Below, piece by piece: positions 1 through 5,580 of a stretch of DNA of 5,580 nt. This DNA is from Octopus sinensis (lineage: Eukaryota): NCBI RefSeq assembly GCF_006345805.1, contig NW_021829969.1:1-5580 (forward strand), given 5' to 3'. The notes under the pieces are model-generated. The model was not told the origin of the DNA. It saw nothing but the letters and a program-made list of their open reading frames with translations, and searched no databases. How positions within the stretch are numbered: the first letter of the stretch is position 1; every line of letters starts with the position of its first letter. A program made the position numbers and the translations under genes.

Positions 1-45
1 GGAACCATGTGGTTGGGAAGCAAATTTCTTACCACACAGCCACGC
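1..45 (-). mobile_element. 5' head of a tRNA-derived SINE (family A), cut by the window edge
   Basis: The minus strand reads GCGTGGCTGTGTGGTAAGAAATTTGCTTCCCAACCACATGGTTCC. TGGCTGTGTGG (32-42) resembles a Pol III A box and the fragment has a tRNA-like 5' half. It matches my recollection of an abundant octopus CORE-type SINE head. The B box would lie outside the window. Confidence 0.7.
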
Positions 46-160
46 TAGCAGAAAACAGAATTCTATTAAATAGAAGAAATGACGGGAATTATTTGCGAAC
101 AAACTTGAGAAGATTACAAGAAAACTGAATCAATCTCCGTGTCATACATTTTAAAATCTG

Positions 161-260
161 CTGCTTGTTCTATTGGTCTGTTTTGTCGAACTGCTACTTT
201 ACGGGGAAATAAACAAACCACCACCGGTTGTCAAGCGTTGGGCGAACAAGCATAAATATA
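161..260 (-). mobile_element. Diverged fragment of the SINE family A 3' region
   Basis: The reverse complement (GCTTGACAACCGGTGGTGGTTTGTTTATTTCCCCGTAAAGTAGCAGTTCGACAAAACAGACCAATAGAACAAG) aligns by eye with plus-strand 703-772 (GCTTGACATG...TTTACGTCCTGTAACTTAGCGGTTCGGCAAAAGAGACCGATAGAATAGG). Confidence 0.8.
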
Positions 261-277
261 TACATAAATGCTCATGC

Positions 278-332
278 ATATATATGTGTGTGTATTTGTG
301 TATGTGTATGTCTGTATGTGTATGTGTGTGTA
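278..332. repeat. Degenerate (TA)/(TG)/(TATG) microsatellite
   Basis: Direct reading: atatatatgtgtgtgtatttgtgtatgtgtatg... Confidence 0.85.
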
Positions 333-340
333 TTTTTTAA

Positions 341-416
341 TCTTTTATTTTATTCTATTAATTGTTTCAGTCATTTGACTGCGACCATGCTGGAGCACCG
401 TCTTTAGTCAATAAAT
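341..416 (-). mobile_element. 3'-terminal fragment of SINE family A
   Basis: 363-410 is the reverse complement of 811-858 with 44/48 identities (hand count). Confidence 0.85.
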
Positions 417-456
417 ACTATACCCCCGGGCCGACAGAAACTAATGAAGCCCGTCG
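417..456 (+). mobile_element. Internally deleted body fragment of SINE family A, immediately before a (TA)n tract
   Basis: 437-456 (GAAACTAATGAAGCCCGTCG) resembles the reverse complement of 566-586 (GAAACTGAAAAAGCCCTGTCG). Family assignment and the inferred deletion rely on my recall of the family consensus. Confidence 0.6.
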
Positions 457-494
457 TATATATATATATATATATATACATTATATATATATAG

Positions 495-565
<71 letters not shown>
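457..565. repeat. (TA)n microsatellite, about 109 bp, slightly interrupted
   Basis: Direct reading. Confidence 0.97.
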
Positions 566-566
<1 letters not shown>

Positions 567-605
567 GACAGGGCTTTTTCAGTTTCCGTCTACCAAATCC
601 ACTCA
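566..605 (-). mobile_element. Inverted body fragment of SINE family A embedded between two (TA)n tracts
   Basis: The minus strand reads TGAGTGGATTTGGTAGACGGAAACTGAAAAAGCCCTGTCG followed by TATATA. This is the same pre-(TA)n motif as 437-456, in the opposite orientation. Confidence 0.75.
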
Positions 606-614
606 TATATATAA

Positions 615-657
<43 letters not shown>

Positions 658-662
658 ATATA
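606..662. repeat. (TA)n microsatellite
   Basis: Direct reading. Confidence 0.95.
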
Positions 663-868
663 CGTGTTTGTGTTTGTGTGACTATGTTTGTTCCCCTACC
701 ATTGCTTGACATGTTTGTGTCTTTACGTCCTGTAACTTAGCGGTTCGGCAAAAGAGACCGATAGAATAGGTACTAGGCTTACAAAGAATAAGTCCTGGGA
801 TCGATTTGTTCGACTAAAGGCGGTGCTCCAGCATGGCCGCAGCCAAATGACTGAAACAAATAAAAGAG
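663..868 (+). mobile_element. 3' half of SINE family A (TG-rich linker, body, tail ending ...GACTGAAACAAATAAAAGAG)
   Basis: Two other partial copies in the window (161-260 and 341-416) show that it is repetitive. The sequence GGCGGTGCTCCAGCATGGCCGCAG..AAATGACTGAAACA matches my recall of a very common octopus SINE 3' end. Confidence 0.85.
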
Positions 869-965
869 TAGTCTTTCGCATTGTGCCGTATTTTATTATA
901 TAATTTATTGCATTTTTATTGAATTTTATTCAATTGAAAATCATTTGAATTTTTTTGTTTGCTTC

Positions 966-1054
966 CTCCCCCTCTCTCTCTCTCTCTCTCTCTCTCCCTC
1001 TCTCTCTCTCTCCCTCTCTCTCTCGCTTTCCCTCTCTCTCTCTCTCTCTCTCTC
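966..1054. repeat. (CT)n / polypyrimidine tract
   Basis: Direct reading; only a few G interruptions. Confidence 0.97.
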
Positions 1055-1079
1055 GCCCAAGCAAGTAGATTGTCCCATT

Positions 1080-1128
1080 TTGTTGGTGTCGTTGCTGTTG
1101 TTGTTATTTTTGTTGTTGTTGCTGTTGT
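1080..1128. repeat. Degenerate (GTT)n
   Basis: Direct reading: ttgttggtgtcgttgctgttgttgtt... Confidence 0.8.
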
Positions 1129-1192
1129 TTATGCATTTGTTTCGTCTTTTGTATTTCTCTCGTCTTTCATGAAGCGTTAGCAGTTTTGCATT

Positions 1193-1196
1193 GATT

Positions 1197-1227
<31 letters not shown>

Positions 1228-1381
1228 ACAACAACAACAACATCAGCATCATCGTCGTCGTCGTCGCCGTCATCGGCATCATCATCATCATCCTCATCAT
1301 CATCATCATCAACAACAACAACAACAACAACAACGACGACAACAACGTCGTCGTCATCATCATCAGTATCATCGTCATCAT
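1193..1381. repeat. Compound trinucleotide array (ATC)n/(AAC)n/(GTC)n/(GAC)n
   Basis: Direct reading. Confidence 0.95.
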
Positions 1382-1461
1382 GATTCAGAACAACAATGGT
1401 GATGATAACGTTGGTTTATTTTTGGCATTAGTACAATGCCACAACAATGCAGTTTCTTCAA

Positions 1462-1700
1462 GATGATGATGATGATGAAGACGACGATCATGATGTTCAC
1501 GGTGATGTCAATGAAAGCGGTGGCGATGATGGTGGTAGTGGTTGTGGCGGTGGTGGTGGCTGTGATGGTAATGGTGATGATGATGACGACGACGATGATG
1601 ATGATGACGACGATGAAAATAACAATAACAGTAATAATAGTATGAATAATAATAATAATAATAATAATAATAGTAATAATAATAATAATAATATAATAAC

Positions 1701-1734
<34 letters not shown>

Positions 1735-1742
1735 TTATAATA

Positions 1743-1834
<92 letters not shown>

Positions 1835-1840
1835 GATGAT
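1462..1840. repeat. Compound trinucleotide array (GAT)n/(GAC)n/(GGT)n/(AAT)n/(AGT)n/(GAT)n
   Basis: Direct reading. Confidence 0.95.
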
Positions 1841-2373
1841 AAACAGCAACAACTACAATGGCTATAAAAAAAAGTCATAAGCAGAACAACATTTGCATTA
1901 GTACAGTGGCGAGAATAATAATAATAATAACAAAAAAAAACTTCAAAAAATTAAAATTTATAATATACATATAAAAAAAAATAGTACATTGTCTATAGAA
2001 CCAGAAGGAGATGGTGTCGTTTTGTCCTGCTAATGGTTTTAAATGAAGTAAAATATTGCCAAGTAGGTCCTATTTGCCCAAGTTTACCTTGACTACAGTG
2101 CCTGACTGCACTGCTACTACCCAGCCTTCGTGTCTGTCAGTTTGCCTGTGTCTATCAAACGTCCGCTGTAGGCTGTGGGGCTGTCCGTTCTAAACACCAC
2201 CCCACCGCCAAACTCTTCAAACCGAACGCCTGTTTCACCTGCTCTGTCACTTGCCAGTACCGCCCTTGCCATGCGGCCCGCCTTATCGTTTGGCCCGTCG
2301 TCAAGCTACTTCCTGGTTTCCACGGTTAAGTTCAAAACTCCGTGCTTGCACCTTTCCAAAAAAGACGCGCTCA

Positions 2374-2795
2374 ATGATAATAGTAATAATAAATGATATA
2401 TAACAATAATAATAATAATAATAATATAATATAATAATAATAATAATATAATACTAAAATAAAGTAATAATGACGATGACGATATGATGAGTGATGATGA
2501 TGATGATGATGCGATGAAGAAGAAGAAGAAGAAGAAGAAGAAGAAGAAGACAAGAAGAGAGAAGAAGAAGAAGAAGAAGAAGAAGAAGAAGAAGAAGAAG
2601 AAGAAGAAGAAGAAGAAGAAGAAGAAGAAGAGAGAGATGATTTGAATGATGATGATGATGATGATGATGATGATGCAGAAGAAGAAGAAGCTGCTGCTGC
2701 TGCTGGTGGTGGTGTTGGTGTTGGTGATTTTGGTGGTGATGGTGGTGATTGTGATGATGATGATGGTGGTGGTGGTGGTGGTGATGATGAAAAAA

Positions 2796-2826
<31 letters not shown>

Positions 2827-2845
2827 CGATGATGATGATGAAAAA
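2374..2845. repeat. Compound array (AAT)n/(GAT)n/(GAA)n/(GAT)n/(GCT)n/(GGT)n/(GAT)n, with about 40 GAA units at 2516-2637
   Basis: Direct reading. Confidence 0.95.
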
Positions 2846-3284
2846 GAAAAAAGATGATGTTTTCTTTATTAACCACTAAGGGTTCACAAAAAATCATTAG
2901 GGATTGTACAAGACGATAATAGTAACAATCATCATAATAGCAATAAAAATAAGAACAGGAACAACAACAACATTAATAATAAGGTATTATATATGTAAAA
3001 CAAAAATGAAATAAAATAAATTAAACGCCCATTGACCAATGAAGTATAAACAGAAGGATAGTGGCGGCGGCGACGGCGGTGGTGGTAGGGGCAAGGGAAC
3101 CGCAAGCGCTGGACAACGGTAGGGGTAGGGGTAATGGGTGAAAGGTGTTGGGATCGACGAACCAATGAGACTTTGCACTGTTTTGTCTTTCCGTTTCGCA
3201 TCAGTGGAAATTTCGACATGGTTAACTGAGAATTGCATCCGTAGCAACGCCTTCCCCCTCTACCAACACCAGTAGCAACCACCG

Positions 3285-3313
3285 CCCCCCACCCCACCCC
3301 ACCCCACCCACCC
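3285..3313 (-). other. G-quadruplex-forming motif
   Basis: The minus strand reads GGGTGGGTGGGGTGGGGTGGGGTGGGGGG: six G-tracts of 3 or more with 1-nt loops, which fits the canonical G4 pattern. Confidence 0.75.
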
Positions 3314-3523
3314 ACTATCGCCGCGATCGCCACCGCACACTACTACCGCAGCCACCCTAACTTTGCAAACACCCTGAACAAATAAGAAAAGTCACATAAA
3401 CCATATAATATAATGCGTAGAAAACCATGAATGCTAACAAAAGTTGAATAAGGGTATCCACCCCTAGATGTCCTCTCTTCGTTCGTGCATTTAACCATTT
3501 ATGCATTTCGCTCCTGAAGCAAA

Positions 3524-3589
<66 letters not shown>
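3524..3589. repeat. Perfect (AAT)n of about 22 units, forming the (TTA)n tail side of the adjacent minus-strand SINE
   Basis: Direct reading; abuts the SINE 3' end at 3590. Confidence 0.97.
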
Positions 3590-3986
3590 CTTTTCTACTG
3601 GTAGCACCAGGCCTAATATTTGGGGGAAGGGATTAAGTCGATTACATCGACTCCAGTGCGTAACTGGTACTAATTTTATCGAGACCGAAAGGATGAAAGG
3701 CAAAGTTGACCTCGGGGGAATTTGAACTCAGAACGTAGCGGCAGATAAAATACCTATTTCTTTACTACCCACAAGGGGCGAAACACTGAGAGGACAAACA
3801 AGGACAGACAAACGGATTAAGTCGATTATATCGACCCCAGTACGTAACTGGTACTTATTTAATCGACCTCGAAAGGATGAAAGGCAAAGTCGACCTCGGC
3901 GGAATTTGAACTCAGAACGTAGCGGCAGACGAAATACGGCTACGCATTTCGCCCTGCGTGCTAACGTTTCTGCCAGCTCGCCGCCT

Positions 3987-3987
<1 letters not shown>
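3590..3987 (-). mobile_element. tRNA-derived SINE (family B), apparently full length, with an internal 124-bp duplication
   Basis: The minus strand starts GGCGGCGAGCTGGCAGAAACGTTAG. It has an A-box-like TGGCAGAAACG (3965-3975) and a B-box-like GAGTTCAAATTCC (3901-3913, repeated at 3717-3729). 3630-3753 and 3814-3937 are direct repeats with 12 mismatches in 124 bp (hand count). The central GAGGTCGACTTTGCCTTTCATCCTTTCG..GTCGAT.AA.TAAGTACCAG resembles, from recall, the Deu/Nin-type conserved SINE body. Further copies occur at 4805-5320. Confidence 0.9.
3901..3975 (-). promoter_or_regulatory. Pol III type 2 internal promoter (A box and B box) of the SINE
   Basis: A-box-like motif at 3965-3975 and B-box-like motif at 3901-3913, 51 nt apart, in the correct order on the minus strand. 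Confidence 0.65.
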
Positions 3988-4800
<813 letters not shown>

Positions 4801-4804
4801 TATG

Positions 4805-4970
4805 GAGTTTAAATCCTATTGAAGTTGACTTTACCTTTCTTCTTTTCGAGATTGATAAAATGTGTACCAGTTGAGCACTGGAATCGATTTACTCTTCCCT
4901 TAAATTTCTGGGATTCACAAACTCTTCCCTCAAATATCTGGCCTTCTACCTATGTTAAAAATAATCATTA
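4805..4970 (+). mobile_element. 5'-truncated, diverged SINE family B copy
   Basis: GAGTTTAAATCC...GAAGTTGACTTTACCTTTCTTCTTTTCGAGATTGATAAAATGTGTACCAGTTGAGCACTGG...CTTCCCTCAAATATCTGGCC aligns by eye with the reverse complement of 3590-3729 from the B box to the tail. Confidence 0.8.
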
Positions 4971-4971
4971 T

Positions 4972-5078
4972 AGCGGTGAAGTTGCAGCCTTGTTAAAGCG
5001 TCAAGCAAAGACTCTTTATGATCAAAACCTGCTGAGGTCCAATTTTGTCGTCCTTCGGGGTGATAAATAAAGAACTGG
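4972..5078 (+). mobile_element. Highly decayed SINE family B copy (head and body)
   Basis: AGCGGTGAAGTTGCAG..GTTA resembles the head. GATCAAAACCTGCTGAGGTCCAATTTTGTCGTCCTTCGGGGTGATAAATAAAG resembles the B box plus body. Confidence 0.55.
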
Positions 5079-5115
5079 TAAAGTAGTGTTGTTGAAATAA
5101 TTGGTCTAGTGCCTA

Positions 5116-5320
5116 TATTGGTTTCAGATTTTGGCAGAAGGCTAGTAATTTCTGGACAGGAGATAAATCGCTTACATCAATCCCAATGCTCAACTGATAC
5201 TTATTTTATTGACCCAAAAATTATGAAAGGCAAAGTCGACCTTGGCGGAATTTGAAATCAGATCGTAAAGACGGTCGAAATGCTGCTCAGCATTTTTCCA
5301 GGCGTGCTAACGATTCTGCC
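5116..5320 (-). mobile_element. Diverged monomeric SINE family B copy with a variant tail
   Basis: The plus strand ATGAAAGGCAAAGTCGACCTTGGCGGAATTTGAAATCAGATCGTA...GCGTGCTAACGATTCTGCC closely matches 3877-3974. The tail side (5116-5160) differs from 3590-3630. Confidence 0.85.
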
Positions 5321-5580
5321 TTGTCTTGAGGCTACATTAGAAATCGTTGTAAGTCCGTTGTGAATATCGTCCAGCTGCCGTCTTCTGAATGAGAAGGATA
5401 GGCAGTGTTTATTTATCAGGTGGTCTTAGCGAAAAACGTTGTATTGTGACCCAGAATGAAAGGGCAGAAGACAGACACCTTCATCTTTTGTCAGGACCTC
5501 ATTAACATTTTCAAGTTTCACTTGAAAACGAGAGTGAGGGTGGATAGATAAGTGTTGCCTTTTAGTAAACTTGTAAATGA

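Noticed and set aside
1193-1840. Large foldback of (ATC)n against (GAT)n centred near 1432
   Set aside because: The complementarity is only that of generic triplet repeats. The (AAC)n blocks have no (GTT)n partner on the right, so it is not a true inverted duplication.
941-1852. ORFs with poly-M/L/I/N/D/V/Y/H and ER/SL runs
   Set aside because: They are translations of microsatellites and are open in several frames on both strands because these triplets lack stops. No domain, splice or codon evidence.
2371-2897. His-rich, acidic and poly-Ser ORFs resembling metal-binding or biomineral proteins
   Set aside because: They derive entirely from (GAT)/(GAA)/(GGT)/(AAT) arrays, with overlapping ORFs on both strands. 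No unique coding sequence anchors them.
3036-3050. CCAAT plus TATAAA as a Pol II core promoter
   Set aside because: The two motifs are only 4 nt apart, which is atypical. Not called as a feature; mentioned only as context for the GC island finding.
3503-3520. GCATTTCGCTCCTG resembling the SINE head segment at 3944-3956
   Set aside because: The match is too short to call another copy.
3630-3937. Direct repeats with a spacer, superficially CRISPR-like or ribozyme-like
   Set aside because: There are only two 124-bp units, explained as a SINE-internal duplication in a eukaryotic context with no cas genes. I found no hammerhead core (CUGAUGA...GAAA) and could not build an HDV-like fold by eye.
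3901-3987. Possible tRNA gene
   Set aside because: A- and B-box-like motifs are present, but no cloverleaf closes and the sequence runs into a SINE body repeated elsewhere in the window.
4819-5070. 83-aa ORF
   Set aside because: It lies wholly within decayed SINE copies; a chance open frame.
5508-5528. Perfect 8-bp hairpin TTTTCAAG-tttca-CTTGAAAA
   Set aside because: Short, AT-rich and isolated; expected by chance, and intrinsic terminators are not relevant in this context.

Overview
Eukaryotic, repeat-dense, apparently non-coding DNA. From my recall of the SINE sequences it is most likely an Octopus genome (inference, not a database result). Roughly a third of the window is simple or compound microsatellite. 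Most of the rest is retroposon material: (i) scattered fragments of one tRNA-headed SINE family arranged around (TA)n tracts (1-868); (ii) four copies of a second tRNA-derived SINE family (3590-5320), including an internally duplicated copy flanked by (AAT)n on both sides; (iii) a frameshifted reverse-transcriptase fragment of an R4/Dong-like non-LTR retrotransposon that begins right at the edge of a (TAA)n array (4323-4800). Two GC-rich unique islands (about 2090-2370 and 3057-3356) are unexplained. I see no intact gene. Apart from 4462-4812 (the RT fragment), the listed ORFs are mostly translations of microsatellites or other repeats. I find no convincing evidence of a wholly new system. The best leads are microsatellite-associated retroposition, a hairpin module shared by the two SINE families, and the G/C strand-switch island.
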